Shown: positions 10,610 through 27,440, numbered from the stretch's first letter. The stretch: DNA of 64,000 nt from Parasitella parasitica NRRL 2501 (GCA_025201805.1 MU619257.1:12615-76614), one strand, 5' to 3'. Numbers and translations: made by a program. Notes: a model not told the origin generated them from the letters alone.

Positions 10610-13600
10610 TTACGAGTGTTTCTTACTACCGGTCATGATGTGATCCAGCAGATAATGAAAGGACGCTCTTGCATAATGCGAGTCTTGAAAATGAAGAAAC
10701 AAAAACCAGACGACAAGGTGGTTTGCTAAGAAATAGATCCAATGAGTGTATTTGATGCCATACAGAAAGGCGTAAATCACAATATAATACATGATCAAAT
10801 ATGTTATTATACAGCAGAGTCTAATAAATGCATATTAGAGAGAGAAAAGGGAGGAGGGGGGGCCTTCACATTCACAAAGGATCATCATTTACCTGTTCTT
10901 TTGGCGAGGCAACATTTTGCGATTGCTTGTCAAAATTTCGACGTAAATGATAAACGGGGCAATTGCTAGGACGCTATGATCTGATGAAAATGGCACAAAC
11001 CAATGCACAGATATATTTCTGATCCAAACAAGCAAAATTGGCAGGTTGAATGGCAGCAGAGTGAAAAATAGCAGCAAGATGGAGAGCATAAAATTATAAC
11101 GGTTTGATCGTCGACAATCCGTGCGATTCAGCTACAATGTCATTAAAATAATGCATCCTTTTTCAGTGGATAAAGCTGCTTACCGAAGTTCTTGCCCTTA
11201 CAAGTGCTCGAACGCATGTGACAATTTGAACAAGAAAAGCGACAACAAACACAAATTGATAAGGAATAAACGTCGCTACCAACAAGAAAAGGATCAATGT
11301 TGTGATGGCTCGTCTTTGGAATTGTTGCTGACTAGTTTCTTGGATGCGTGATGGCCATGCGTTTAGACCACAGTGGTCTGTAAACAAAATAGAAATTTGC
11401 GCAGTAATACGAATAGTACCTTCAACTATCAACCATAACAGACAGACAACGCCCACGCTCAGGGCTAGTCCTGCTAATGGGATCCACCAAAAGAAGCCGT
11501 CTGTATTTCCAGTCATAATGTCCTGCCAAGAAAGCTTGGAGGAGGGCAGGTACCATAAATCATCAAATGTATAGTGTGCTGAAGGAGATGCGCATTGTGC
11601 AATGCTGCATAAAGCTACACACACCATAACTAACGGAAAAGATCTTTGAAAGCAGAATGATAGCCCTTGTCCAAAATGAGGGTAAATACCTAAATTCGTG
11701 TGGGATTAGATAGTGTCAAATATATCTTTGTTCGCAGCTTTACCGATGTCATTGTAGCATTTGATCTGAGCAGCAAATACAAGCATTACTGTGATGAAAG
11801 AGAATGTGGCTAGCATGATGCCATTTCTAAACCCTAGCCTTCCTGCGCTGCCATACCAATCGATAGAAAGATCCAGTTGCACTGGTTCAGGGCAGGCAGG
11901 ATCCATCCACAGCTGGAAAGAAAGGCCGTTTTGGTCAGCATCTCGAGAGTTGCTCACAATGGAGGCAAACGCAGTTCTCCCGTGAATCGATACATCAGTC
12001 TCTGCCTGGCTATTACCAGACAAATGCACATAAAACTTTGATTCGTGCATTGTTGAAATCGACTGTCGCAAAAAGGGTACAAACTGAGTAGGGTAATTGC
12101 GGCAGCGGGGTCGTGATACCTTCAAGTGATAGGCCAAGATGGGACTTTCTATCGATGGGATTCGAATGGACGTAAACAACCCAGGGCCAGTTTTGACATG
12201 CACGCCTTCCAGGGCAATCGATAGCATAGACTGGCGTACAACTTGGGTATGCGTGCTTTTTTTAAAGGGCTCGAGTACTAAAAACCCGCCATCTTGACCG
12301 CCTTTGTCAACGACGGCTAAATACGAATAGGATCCCATCTCCTTGAATTCAATGCTTGCAAAAGAGAACGTATTACCAGAGAATGGGTATATATCGCTTT
12401 GTGTGGACGCAGGAATGGGGACAGCAATTGGGTTTGCAGATCGGCAGGCAACACGTGTTGTATTACTAACGTAGCTGTTGACCTTGGAGCACAGCAGCAG
12501 TTCAAACCTGCCATTATTGCCGATAAAACTGTCAGACAGAATAGAGAAAGCGTCGGCATTAGCTACTGTGGGCAGCAATGTCATGCCGGCCATAGTCTCC
12601 GGGCCAATAGTCCATCTCTCACCCGGCTTTAAAAAGATACCTTGGTTTGATGCAAGATTGTAAAATGTGAGGTTACCTAAACATGCATGAGCTGATGTAC
12701 GCTTCATTTCTGTGCTACGTTTCAATGAAAAAGACCTACCCAATTCTACATCAGATCCATCTCCCTTGCGATCTTCAAGGCCGCTGAGAAATGCCTGACG
12801 CATAATCTGCATACGTTCCTCAAGAGGCTTTGTCTGGGTGCCTCGTCTAACATCTACCAGATCCAACAGAGTTTTCGACACGACCTTCACCAGCTGGTTG
12901 CACGTCAAAATCGACACATGATCTGCTCCCGTCCAAACATGCGGCACTGCTGTCGAGAAGACGGTGAAGCCGTGTGTTGCTGGAACAATTGAGCCTATGT
13001 TGGTGGAATCACTGCAGACGGTGTTGTCAAGTGTTCCTCCTGCCATTGAAATTATTGAGATGTCACGCAGCGACACATGCGGTGGAGGCGGATATTTGTG
13101 ATTATCGTCAGTTTGCTGGTTGGGATGCGAAAAGCCTTCTTGCCAAAAATGATTTATATCGTCGTAGAGTTGGGATATTTGCCAGTCAAAGGGAACAGGT
13201 GGAAGCATATGTGGTGTCGACATAGTGATGATTGTGTTGATCGTTCCGTGCTGATAATTGCTCATTGTAAACATGGTGCGAGCCACAATGCCTCCCATGG
13301 AATGGCCAATGATGATGACAGAGGTTGGGTCTGGGAGTTTGGTTTCTGCATCATATTTTCGAGTCTGCGGATACAGTTTGAGAATGTAATCGATAGCATC
13401 GTTCATATATTCCGCTTGCTCCAGTATAGACTGCCCATGCAGTGCTGAAAACTCTTCATGAAAATCCACTGCACGACAATAAGCTTAGTACGTCTGCTCA
13501 GCCTGGATATCCACCTGTAACTTACCTGTGAAAAAGTCCAAGTTCCGGACGCCTTGCTGCCATTTTCCAGTATCATGAATATAATTTCGATAATAATAAA

Positions 13601-14175
13601 ATGCAGACTCTGCTGCCAGAGATCTCACTTGTTTATAGCTTCCTGCATGTCCATGAATGAAGAGAACGGGTACGCCAGTAGGCTATCAAAAGAATGCTTA
13701 GTACTTTATATTTACCAAGTTTACTTCTTACTTGATCTGAAAAATCGACTCCTTTTTCTCGATACAGGTAGAGGCTGTATTTCCCTGCAAACCGGGTCAT
13801 TTCGCTATCAAAATTGGTCTGCTTAATGTATTCTGGTCGCATGTAACTCGTTTGACATCCAGAAAAATCCTTTTGATGGTGCTGAAGAGAGTCCAGCATT
13901 ATGTATATCGAAATCAAACTAAAAAGAATCAACATGGTCGATAGTACTTTGCATGCTGCCATTATTTTATATGGGCGTGGTAGGGCACGGCTCACAGTAG
14001 TTGGTGAAGATGGTGGTGATGGTGAGGACGCAGGGGATCTGGGCATTATTGTATTATTCTGATGTACTATGTTGAACGAATGGCCATCCGTCGAATTTAT
14101 CCTTAGCTCAGGATGTGGTTTTTCTTGCTTTATATAAAAATTACTAGGTTTACCTAGCAAACTGGTATCGTTCAT
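10610..14175 (-). CDS. BST1: GPI inositol-deacylase (PGAP1/Bst1), multi-exon
   Basis: N-terminal TM segment, PVLFIHGHAGSYKQVRS, DFHEEFSALHGQSILEQAEY, lipase motif IGHSMGG, STPH, and multiple C-terminal TM segments. Last exon corresponds to ORF 10610-10798. Confidence 0.93.
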
Positions 14176-17100
14176 ATATGAAAAGAGAAACAGTTTAATC
14201 TCTTGGGCATTTGCAGCATTTAAATTAAAAAGAATAAAAAGTCACCAACCCTTCATTTGGTTGTTCCTGACCAACATGAAGATTTTATATATGGTACCTT
14301 GGAATCAATACAATGGATACTGTATACAAACCTCAAATTTTTAAGTACTCCAAATAATAAACTGGGTTTTGAACTATCGCAGGAATCAATTACACTTATG
14401 ACGCTTCAGAGAATCCACACAGTTGGTATACGTGTCTTTCATGGCGGATTGCTGCCTAGCAACAGATGTAACAAAATTTTGTCCCTAATAATTAAATTTT
14501 GACAGATCAGAAAACTGTATTCATTTCTAGTAGTGTTTTCAATGTCTACAGTTTTGGTACCTATGTGGATAACTTGATCTCAAAGTGAAAGCCTGGGATA
14601 TCTGTAGCGTTAGTTATCATTGTAGCACAAACTGCTTGAAAGTACGGGTTTTTTGCTTGCCTTTCAATAAATGTACATGGCCAATTAAAAAAAAAATTTA
14701 TGCCCATATATATGTTTCGATGAGTGAATACATTCAATTGTAAAACCTAAAGAAGGATGGCTTGCGAACTTAAACATATTAAACTAGTAAATCAAGGTTA
14801 CGACAGATAAGCGTCGCTCAAAATCCATCAAGTATCTTGATAGTGTTTTGCGGATAATAACTATTTTTATTTGCCTTAATCGAAACAAAATCTCCCATTG
14901 GATACAACTACACAAAAGCGATCGAAGAGGGTCTTTTTTTTAGTTGCTTTTTTTTTGTGATAATACACATATTTAGCTTTAAGTTTTCTTTTTTTTTTTT
15001 TTTTTTTTTTTTTTTCTCTTAGGTGTATGTGTATTGTATATAATAATAGAAGACAATGTCGCAATCACAAAAAGGAGGGGTACCAAATTACATGGATAAT
15101 GTCATGTCAAGATTTGGCCATCATTTGTCACCAAATCAACGCACATTTATATCAGAGTCAATGATACCCACATTACAATCTGCAAAACCAGGACGCTGTG
15201 AATTACCTCATGAATTTTCGTCGGCTATTCCAAGACCCAATATTCACTCAGCTGGAAGTACCAACAAAATAGTTCATTTGCGTGATGACAATGTTGTAGA
15301 TATGAAGATTTAGTTTGTTATTGTATCTGTTCTTTAGCAACCTCACTACAGTTTATTCCTTTCAAATCTCATTTCAAATAAATAAAAAGAAAAATGGAAT
15401 CATAGTTCAAATCAAATTCATGAAAAGAAGATGTAAATTTGACCAACATGTTTTATTATATCAATATGAGAGTGAAATTGATACTACAATTCAAGGGTTT
15501 GCTCAGTTGCTTTTAATGATTGAAGATGCTCTAAAAGCTTTGGAGAAAATAATAATACCTTATTTGTATCACGACTTCTTTATTCTGATCCTGTACCTTA
15601 CTGAATCCTCTTATCTAAGGCATATCCATACCAACAGTGACAGGTAAGACTTCCACCGCCAAATCGCTTTTTTTTGTAATATTAAATTAATATGGAAAAC
15701 TTCCAAGTTGACATATTAGTTAATCCTTCATTAAATGGTATGCAGTTTAAATAATTTTTTAACGATCATTCGAACAGTATGGTCTGCGAAATATTCAACG
15801 TGCGGTCGTTTTTGTCGTTCTTGAGTTGTATTATGTTAGGGGCGTCCAGTTGTTTATTTAAAACGAGCTGGTCGCACGCCCACTCTGGGAATTTTTGCAC
15901 CTTCACTACGACAAGATAAGAATCGACCTTCGTGTATGCAGGTTCTATCTCGCTCTGCGAGACAGCCAATCTCGAAAATAAATCAAAGTCTATTGTTTTC
16001 CAATGTATATGTTGTATCCATAGATTTCCATGGTTACCACACAGTTGTCATGACAACCATTCCAGATCTAATCCAAGACGCGGACATCAACGCATGTTCT
16101 ATTATATAAGAAATTGCGAAGCTAAACTCATCAATGAATGTTTCACACTCCTGATAATTAGCTGATTAAATAAAGGTAGATCTTTGCTTTGACTATTACT
16201 ATATCATAATCAAGCAGGATCTGATTCTATACATAGTAGGTTAATTCATGCAGATTTATTTTACATAAATAGACAACTTTTTATCAAAATAAATCAATAG
16301 CTTTGCATGTGATAAAGTAAGTCTTTATTACTTTATTACTTTCTTATTTGTATGATTACATACAATCATTTGCTGTGCTCGTTTTCAAGACCTGACACAA
16401 CAGTGTAAAAGATGACAATGTACAATTGTAATTGTACTGCTGCTACCTTTTATTATAATATTTATTATGAGATGTAGAAGCACAGTTCATGGCAGAAGTA
16501 ACTGCATAGTAAGGTAACATTAATACGCTTAGGTTACAACTAATTCTAAAGGATGCCACCCTAGATACCTAAACTCTAGTAATTTGCATAAGATATTTAA
16601 AGTAAGAACAATTGACAAGTTCTCTTTGTATAGATTTCCTTTTAGTATTGTCATTTGGAAGTCAAAGCAGTAAATGCCCTATTGAATTTTCCATGTACGT
16701 ACTCATTGTGTATTGATATCAGCCCAAAGTATCTAACTCATCTTACCTTTTGTTTTTGGATGGCTTATTGATTCTGACTTGGTAACAAGTGAATTAACGT
16801 ATACTCTATTGGCACTACAACATTTTCTGACCCTTATTTTGATCTAACTTGGATTCCGAATTTGAAAAAGGATTGACGCACGGCTACTTGCATCTTTGGA
16901 ACTCTGTTGTGATGTATGTATCCAGTCAGATTATTCTGCTGAGCTTGGTCGGTTTTTCATGCCGTTGACGCAACATTCTTCTTTGTACAATCGTATATTA
17001 GTTGACGGCTCACAGAATAATGCTTGTCTCTTGAAAACGCCTTGATGCTCTGTAGGATAGTAGAATTTGAGAGATCACATTAGAGTTTTGGAGATATCCT

Positions 17101-18405
17101 TGCTCATCCCTTTTCTAATACAGGAATGATATCCTTGGATAACAATGTTATTAATAGTCAAGACGCAAGTACAATCTAATCTGTAAATTCTAAGCTTCTT
17201 AATAGCTTGTTTGATATTGGGCCTACAAGTAATTTTGCCTCCTCAAAGAAGTCATTAATGGTAATTAAGCTGGTTTAGACCTGCTGCTGCAGTTGCCGGT
17301 TATCTTTTCTTTTAGAGGTCTGATGAAATTTGATGAAGGGTAGCAGACATTAGTGTTAATGGACTGAGGACTTTTTTTGTAGGCCAAAATTGTTATCCCT
17401 TGTACATAAAAAGAATGCACATTTTACTACTGTTTTATTTTATCTATATTGCAGATTAAATAAAAACAGTGTATTTATTATACGTAACCAAAACGCAAAT
17501 TAATATTTTCTTCATGTAAGAGTTCGTTAAATGACACCATCACAAAATAGCCTCAGCATTATTAAAGATACTTGAGGATTATAATTAGTCTAGAAGATAA
17601 AGCATGATGGGATGTAGTTTGCACACAGTTTCACGTTACTGTAAACTATTGTCTATCATAATTTTTATAACTTTAATAAAGACACCAACTTTGATTTCAT
17701 AAAGTTCTCTGTCTTTATTTACTTGGACTATTCATCAAATACCTCACTATTGCTCATATGAGGACTTCATCTAATATTCGATCAATCTATTCCGTCCCAT
17801 TATTCTGGGCAATTTGGTAAATTGGGAGTGGAAGCACATTATGTCATGACTCCCTCTTCCTCTCTCGTATACTAAAATGTACCCTCTCATGTCCACATAT
17901 CAACGAAAATAACTTTATTGGATTAACCGATCAAAGTTGTATACTATTATAAATCATCAATACCTACTTTAGCAGCCCTTACGAAGCATGGTACTTGGTT
18001 TGTCAGAATATACAAATCTGACCACGCTAAACAAAAGGAAGCCTCCTTTCACCCCCATGTTATAATCTCCTAAAAACATCTATAAACAGACATGGCTTCC
18101 CCACACCAAACGAATGAAACACTTGCCAAATCTTAATTATAAAATGAGGCGGATAAGTATGTGCCGATTGATTCACGGAATGGGGGGGGGCATGTGTTTA
18201 TCCGAAAGCTTTTTAGGCGGGGTAAAAAAATTAAGCTTGATTATATGGTAAGCAAATTCACTGTTACTGGATATGGGCCCAAGAAAGGCTTGTTGTCACT
18301 TTATCTACCCCCCCCCCCTTAATTTTATTTTTGCAATGTGTATAAATAGAGGATAAATATCTCTGTGCACTTCTTCCAAGTCTTTAATTATTACTATTAT
18401 AAAAA

Positions 18406-18951
18406 ATGAACGTCGAACCAAGGCCATTAGCTGTGTATCCAACATTTAATGATACTCAACAACAGAAACTCACACAGAAAGAATTGGATATTGATGAGTC
18501 CATATATCATTTGCTCTCAATGTATTTGGACACAAATGTTAATATAATCATTCCACCCTCACAACCTCCACAAAACAATCGAGCCATGATGAAGCACTCG
18601 CCTTATTTTCGCACCAAAAGAAATACGAGCAGCAAACCCTTACATCATCAAAATTGGCTTGGAGAGAGAAAGAGATCTCCAACGACAACATGTACAGAGC
18701 TAGAAAGAAATACCATGAAGAATTCGCACTCGATTCCAGTTGAAAACGACACAAATGTTCAAATTAAATCCAACAAAAACAAAAAAGCAAGACCGAAATT
18801 CGTTTCATTTAATGAAACAGTTACAGTCATAAATGAACACAAAAAGATCAGTTTCAGTAATTTGATACAACCAGCTGTTGCCTCGCCGCATAGCAGTGAC
18901 GACGACGATGATGCTTTATTTGTAGATGCTCTCGACAATTTCATGGAATAG
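18406..18951 (+). CDS. Hypothetical disordered protein with a PP1-docking RVxF-like motif and an FFAT-like motif
   Basis: 181-aa single-exon ORF with a TATA (tataaata, about 18341) and an aaaaATG start context. Contains KFVSFNETV and DDDDDALFVDALD. Confidence 0.65.
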   Translation: MNVEPRPLAVYPTFNDTQQQKLTQKELDIDESIYHLLSMYLDTNVNIIIPPSQPPQNNRAMMKHSPYFRTKRNTSSKPLHHQNWLGERKRSPTTTCTELERNTMKNSHSIPVENDTNVQIKSNKNKKARPKFVSFNETVTVINEHKKISFSNLIQPAVASPHSSDDDDDALFVDALDNFME

Positions 18952-19388
18952 CCACAATCATCAGATCATCTTGTTTGTGTACATCCCCTACATTTGTATA
19001 ATAGAGCGCCATGATAATGTTATGTAGAAGTTGACACGCCTGTACTCTTCACCTTCCTTCCCCTTTGTCGTCTATTGTAATTAGTTTCATCCCAAAAAGC
19101 TCATACCATCCTGTTTTTTGGGTATTATAATAAAAACTGGTATCACATTTGCGTGATTCATACTCTTATTGTTGTTGTCTTGGGGGGCATCAAATCCCAT
19201 GCAACATCTTTACTGGTCGCACACAACATAGCCTCATTTATCCAACATATTACGCATTCGGCTGTTTCTTTAGCATTTTTATGGCATGTCAAGATTACGT
19301 CTGATGTCTTTTTTTTTCTTTTTTTTTACTCACGCTCTTGTATATAAACAGTGGGTGTTTTATTCAACTTGAACCAAAATACGCTAAA

Positions 19389-20615
19389 ATGAATGCAGCA
19401 GCTAGAATAAAACTCGACCATGATGTAATTCCTACACAGGACACAAAGCTGCTCCTAGCCGGCACAATTTCTATACCACCTATCGGTAGGAATAACATAA
19501 AAAAAGTGACAAATGTTGGGCTAACACATACTTTTAGCCATTGGCACATGGCAATGGGGGGATAAAAAAGGTACAAACGACGTTCAATCATGGTAGCATT
19601 CCATTTCTAATAGCTTACAAAGTGTGGGGCTGGACTCCCCAAGCTGAAAAGGATGCCAAAGCAGCGTTCGATAAGGCATTCGAGCTGGGATTGGCATTCT
19701 ACGATACGGCTGAAGTCTATGGAGATGGAGAGTCAGAGAGAGAAATCTGTCGTTTTCGAAACGATTATTCCGAGCAGGACAAGGAAAAGCAAGTGATTGC
19801 CACAAAGTACTTTCCTTATAATCATCGCACTCAGTTTCCGGATGTACTGTTGTCTGCTCTGAAGGATTCGTTGGCTAGACTGGGCACTTTTCAAGTTGAT
19901 CTGTACCAGATCCATGCCCCCATCCATCCTGCTGAAATCGAAGTTGTTGGTAAGTCTGTATTGTATCGTACCCAGCAATGAACCTCCTAATTGATGTAAT
20001 AAAGCCAACGCCTTGGCGGATGCCTATGATAAAGGGCTGATCAAAGCTGTAGGAGTATCCAACTATAGTAAAGATGAAATCCAGCGTATGCATGCAGCGC
20101 TTCAAAAAAGAGGCATCGTTTTGGCTTCAAATCAAATTTCATTTTCCTTGATCCGTACAATTCCTGAGAAATCCGGATTGATTCAGCAATGCCACAATCT
20201 CGGTATTGTTATTTTAGCCTATTCTCGTAAGTTTACCTTGATAATTCCTGGTACAAGGTATATTTACATGTGTAGCACAGCCTTAGGTATGGGCATTTTA
20301 ACAGGAAAGTATGGGTCTCAAGGCCCATGGCCAAAAGGACGTGAGCAGCCATTTAAAAAATTCGATACAGCGCAGTTGGGCAATTTGTTGGATGTCGTAA
20401 AGCGATTGGGCGAACAGTACGGCCGTCCACCAAGTGCCATTGCTTTAAATTGGTGTATGGCCAAGGGTACAGTACCCCTGGGAGGAGCACGAACTCAGGA
20501 ACATGTTGAACAGAATGCCCTGGCTTTAGGCTTCCGCTTGACAAATGAACAAGTAGCTGAATTGGATGAATTTGCTTTTCTTGGATCGAATAACAAGGGA
20601 TGGCAGCATGGATAG
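19389..20615 (+). CDS. Aldo-keto reductase (pyridoxal-reductase-like subgroup), 4 exons
   Basis: GTWQWG, FYDTAEVYGDGESE (catalytic Asp/Tyr), ATK, DLYQIH, AVGVSNY, SNQISFSL and AYS|ALGMGILTGKY. Confidence 0.93.
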
Positions 20616-21065
20616 ACCTTTTTTAATGTATGTCTGTAGAATTTGCGTCTTGGAATCGTAAAGGGTAAAATTATCTCTACACTGATTACATGCATCCTAT
20701 ATGACAATAAATCACAAATATCTCACTTTAAAAGCCATGGGAGCGTATTTGATGGGTATAAAGAAATGAAACGTAAAACAACGGTGCTCAATTCACTTTC
20801 AAGCTTCTCCTTTGATTCTTGTTCAAATTCTTCGCCAAAGGAAAAAGTACTGTATTATTAAAGTAGACCAGCTTTAAATCTGTAACTGTATACTTATGGC
20901 TGAGGATTACCTCTATCAAGCACCTCTTGATTTGGCAATCATTGTATCTTTTACGAGCCCATATGCACGCACGCATAGATGTAATAAAATCATCCAAAAC
21001 ATGGTCACTTGTTCAACTCTTTCTTTCACGTTTCTCCTTACTTTTTCCATACTGTCATCCGCAAC

Positions 21066-22799
<1,734 letters not shown>

Positions 22800-24039
22800 C
22801 ACTACTACTAGCACTACTGTTAGAGTTGTAAATTATAAACACACCTACATGCATTTGATTATAATAATAAAGTACTGCAAACATTTGAATTGTTTGTCTC
22901 ACGTATATTCCAAACTTGCTCCAAATCAAGTTTACATATCAGCATTCACATGTTACCAGATTACATATCTTGTATACATTGATGCTTATATTCTATATAT
23001 ACCGTAAATTAGTGTAAAAGTATAGGTTTTACCATTTATGCATACATGACACATGTAGTTGATTTGAAGTCCTAATTTTATGCTTGTAATAGTGTATAAT
23101 ACCAATTTTCACATGCATAATAGTAGATTCAATCTATCATGCACTACAACTTCCTACCGTCTTGTAATGCTCTTGCCGTGTTATTTTGGCTCGAAATCAG
23201 CGCCTATGCTTGCCATCAAGGACCTATTACACTTTCTTATGGACAAAGAGATATGTTTGTGCGCAATCATGCAAATGGATTGGCCAGTGATGTTTAGTTC
23301 CCTTCTCATGAACCAGAAAAAAGTTCTTTGCACTAACCCAAGAGCGACCAACTCTGCACATACCAGCATTTTTTGCATAGCCCATCGTTGAGACATAACA
23401 CGGAAAACAATTGCCCCAATAGCCAAATAACCATTCATATTTACATGATACCTATTATTAGTCGTTCTTCAGCCTTGTTTGGTTTGCATATCTGAAAAAA
23501 AAAAACGTGCTCAGCGCAGCTATTTCCCGTGCTGTGTCTGTCAATGTAATTTCTGTTACGACCTCGTTCATACCTTGGAAAACAAACTGTGGAAGCTCCT
23601 GAACCATATAAAAAAACAATACTAGCATAGATACAAATTATAAACTCATGTGCTTACTACAAATATTTTATGAAATATTTTGTAACGATGATTATTTTTG
23701 CAGATGAAATCAGGCAACGAAGCATGTAAAATAAGGAGATCAACATTGTTTGAAATCAATATCTATAATTTTTCCCATTTTTCAGGTCAAGACGTACAAT
23801 TACAATTAAGCTTATACCAACATTTACATGGAAAAATAAGGAGAAGCAGGGGAGGAGTGTCATGAAAGGGAGCAAGGGGGGGAAAAACGGCGAGAGAAGG
23901 AGGAGGAAGATACATATGAATGACTCGAGAAATTAAATTACCTTATCTGCATTCATGTAGTATTTATAAATACAATATCACTGTCAATTGATTTTCTCTC
24001 TTCTTCTTTTTCATTATATACTACAAGGCCATATTTATC

Positions 24040-27000
24040 ATGCCAGACAAGAGATTCTTTTTAGCAGGGTGTTTGACATTTCTAGTTTTGATAGGTTTGT
24101 CGACATTCTCGAGAAATGTTAGTGTATTTTCTACCCTCAAAAACTTGAATTCACTAAACCGTGGATCGGACGCCCTGTTCACAACTGCCGTAAGTTTTAT
24201 ATTGTACAGTAGTCGTACCACATGTGCTCATTAACGCCTATTTAGAGTGATTGCTCAGATATTCATCACCAAAAAGATCAATGTGCTTTTGTAAAGTCAT
24301 CATGCCAAGGATTCAATGCGCTATACCTCGAGCTTTATTATTGCTCGACGCTTTGGAAGCCAATATCGATAGCAATGCTTGTAAAGTATATTTCAATTTT
24401 CACTCCTATCATAGCTCATATATGTAGTATAAAGCTGCCCTGAACTTATAATAATTGAGCGGACCCCTCTTTTTCCTTAATAGTTTGCGTTCCCCAACTA
24501 ACATAATTGTTCATTTTATAGATAACATGGCTGCTAGTGTTGTTCAGCGCAATTAGTGTCGTGGCATCTGATTTTTTCTGTAATAATTATGCAAATATGA
24601 CCCGATGCAAATCAATTCAACTAAACAACTCATCTATATGCAGGTCCAAATCTTCAAACCATCTCAACCAAGTTGCAGTTGTCTGAAAGCATGGTAACGC
24701 ATACTCACTCGATAGCATATATATATACACAACTTATCAATTGAGCATTATATTTGTAGGCAGGTGTCACTGTGTTGGCTTTAGGCAATGGAAGTTCTGA
24801 CCTATTCAGTACATTTAGGTAAAGCCAAAACCATACAAGTAAATATGCAATTGTACATTGACAAAACATGCCATGTAGTGCAATGGATTCTGGTGCGGGC
24901 TCATTAGCCATTGGAGAGCTCATTGGAGCAGCCTTCTTCATTGTGGCTATAGTGTCCGGGTGTATGGGCATAATTCGGCCGTTTCAATCACAAAAAATTA
25001 CATTCACAAGAGATGCGTCATTCTTGACTGGAGCAGTGGCTATAATGACATGGATCGTGTATCACCAGCAGATCAATTGGTACCATAGTGTTGCATTAGT
25101 ATGCTACTACCTCTCATATGTATGTGCAGTTGTATTTGGTGCATACAGCAGTAATGGCTCGAATAATCCACTGCAGCAAACAGAAGAAAACAAACTACAT
25201 CCTGACGAGTCAACCTATTTGTTCGGGCCTCCTACTGCCAAACCACCGAAATTATCAATTCCTGACAGAGGCTTTTCTTTATCGATTCAGTCTAATTTAT
25301 CAGATCAGAACCATCTTGGCCATGTTATCCGTCCCATGTCTGCCAATTCATCACGTCGCTCTGTGTATTATTCTGCAGTCCCAAGATCAGCTAGCACAAA
25401 TGGTTCCATCATGTCTATTGCCACCAGAGGCTACCGTCGTCCAATGACACCAAGAATTGGCATTCGAACATCTGTTTTTGGAGCAATCGAGGTATACAAA
25501 AGAGAGAAAGTGTGTGTGATTGAAGTGATTTAAAACTAAACTACAGCGTATAGTTTCAAGAACAAGTAAACCATATACGCAAAGCCAGCCATAGTTCACA
25601 ACACATTATGTCTCCTATTTATCCGCAACAGCGTCGACATCGACAGCAATCGATGCCACCTCCTATGTGGCAAACATTGCAACTGCCTTCATCTCAGGAT
25701 ATCAACAGACGACAACGAGCTTCTACGATGACTGACCATCCTTTGCCTACAGCAGCACCTTCCATTCATGTGTTATCTCCCTCCGCTAACCAGCAGGAAG
25801 ACTACTTTACATTTATATCTGCACAACACAGCCAGCCCCTTTTTCATATTCAACCCTCATCCCCTCCTCATGCTCCTGCACTTTCACCTGCACCTGCAAT
25901 TTCATCATCGAATGGTGTGACGACGCCAAAGATTCCTGAAATTCGACTTGCTGTTGCGCCCACAACTTTACTGGCACCTGATGCCAGGTCCGTACATAGC
26001 TTGGCTCCTCCAAGTGTCATTTCAGACTATGATTTGTTTGTGTCGGCTCGTCAGAGCTTTGAACTGGGCCCTTCATCTGCAAACCCCTCTTTTCATAAGA
26101 ATCTGGCAGAGCATATCATGAGTGCAGGTATGGCACACGACCCTCTCTTTCTGGAACCACCTAGTCTGCTACAGACCCTATTCCCTACCTTGCAGGATTG
26201 GAGCCAAAAGTCATCGTTTTCCAAATTAAGCGCTGTAGCAGCACTGCCATTGGTTTTCGTATTCACATTGACCCTGCCTGTAGCAGAAATCGACCAAATC
26301 AAAGTGGACGACATTGAAGTGCTCGACGATGATGACGACGGCGACAACGGCCATGAGGAAGAGAATATTATAAGCTACTTGTCCGTGCCTACAGCGGGAG
26401 CCACAGCGACTGCAGCATCCGGTCATGATCTGGCAAAAGTCATGGTAGACGACATCGACACCAAGCAGGGATGGAATAAACAACTGTTGATGGTTCAGTG
26501 TGTCATTAGCACCGCATTCATTCTATGCGTATTTGCTGGTAAATAGAACATCTATCTATGTCCATTCCCCATGTACTAATGTATGCACCAATTCTTGTAT
26601 ATAGCCAACAAGGTCATTCCGTCTTTTGTTGTTTCTGTGGGCATTGCTGCTGGTGTAGCGCTGGCATGCTACATCAAGAAAACAACAGATAAGAATGAGC
26701 CTCCATCCTGGTTTTGGATGCTATCCTTTGTCGGATTCTTTGTAGCATTAAACTGGATTTTTTTGCTCGCAAACGAAGTGGTTGGATTGTTGCAGGCTAT
26801 CGGCCAAATTTTTTCTATCAGTGAAGCTATCATGGGATTAACCGTGTTTGCGCTTGTAAGTAATAACGATATTAAACATACAAACCGGCCAAGCTAATGT
26901 GCGCTCCACTTGTAGGGAAATAGTGTTGGTGATTTTGTTGCCAATACTGCTATAGCTAAAATGGGGTTCCCTACCATGGCGATTTCTGCTTGCTATGCTG

Positions 27001-27306
27001 GCCCTCTCCTAAGTAAGTATTATATGGGCTGTTCGAGTGTTCTTGATCTAATTGTGAGCACATGTAGATATGGTTTTAGGTGTAGGTATCTCATCCTTGT
27101 ACCAGCTTTGGAAAACGGGGCGATCGTATCAGCTTGATATAGCGCCAACCATTATCATTTCGTCTGTTGGATTGCTCACAGTGCTGATGAGCACGTTGGT
27201 AGCGGTTAGTGTGAATAGATACCGCGTCACCAAACAGCTGGGATGGTGGATGATTTCAGTATACTGCGTATGCTGTGGAGTCAACCTTTTGCTTGAATTT
27301 CATTAA
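24040..27306 (+). CDS. Cation/Ca2+ exchanger of the CCX (NCLX/YDL206W-like) subfamily, multi-exon
   Basis: Alpha-1 repeat GVTVLALGNGSSDLFS and GELIGAAFFI, large cytosolic loop, alpha-2 repeat GLTVFALGNSVGDFVAN...MAISACYAGPLLNMVLG. Confidence 0.92.
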
Positions 27307-27440
27307 TAAATCGTGATGGCATGTAAATACATGAGAATAAGGAGTTGCAAAAATAAACTTGGTTCCTTTCAAATCGTTCTTTTCTTCTTAAATGCGACGC
27401 TCCTTTCTTTTCATCTAATTTTTGTGTTCTATATTGTCGA

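Noticed and set aside
23080-23580. Possible PIF/Harbinger transposase relic
   Set aside because: Only a vague resemblance; the catalytic GxIDGT motif is not found.
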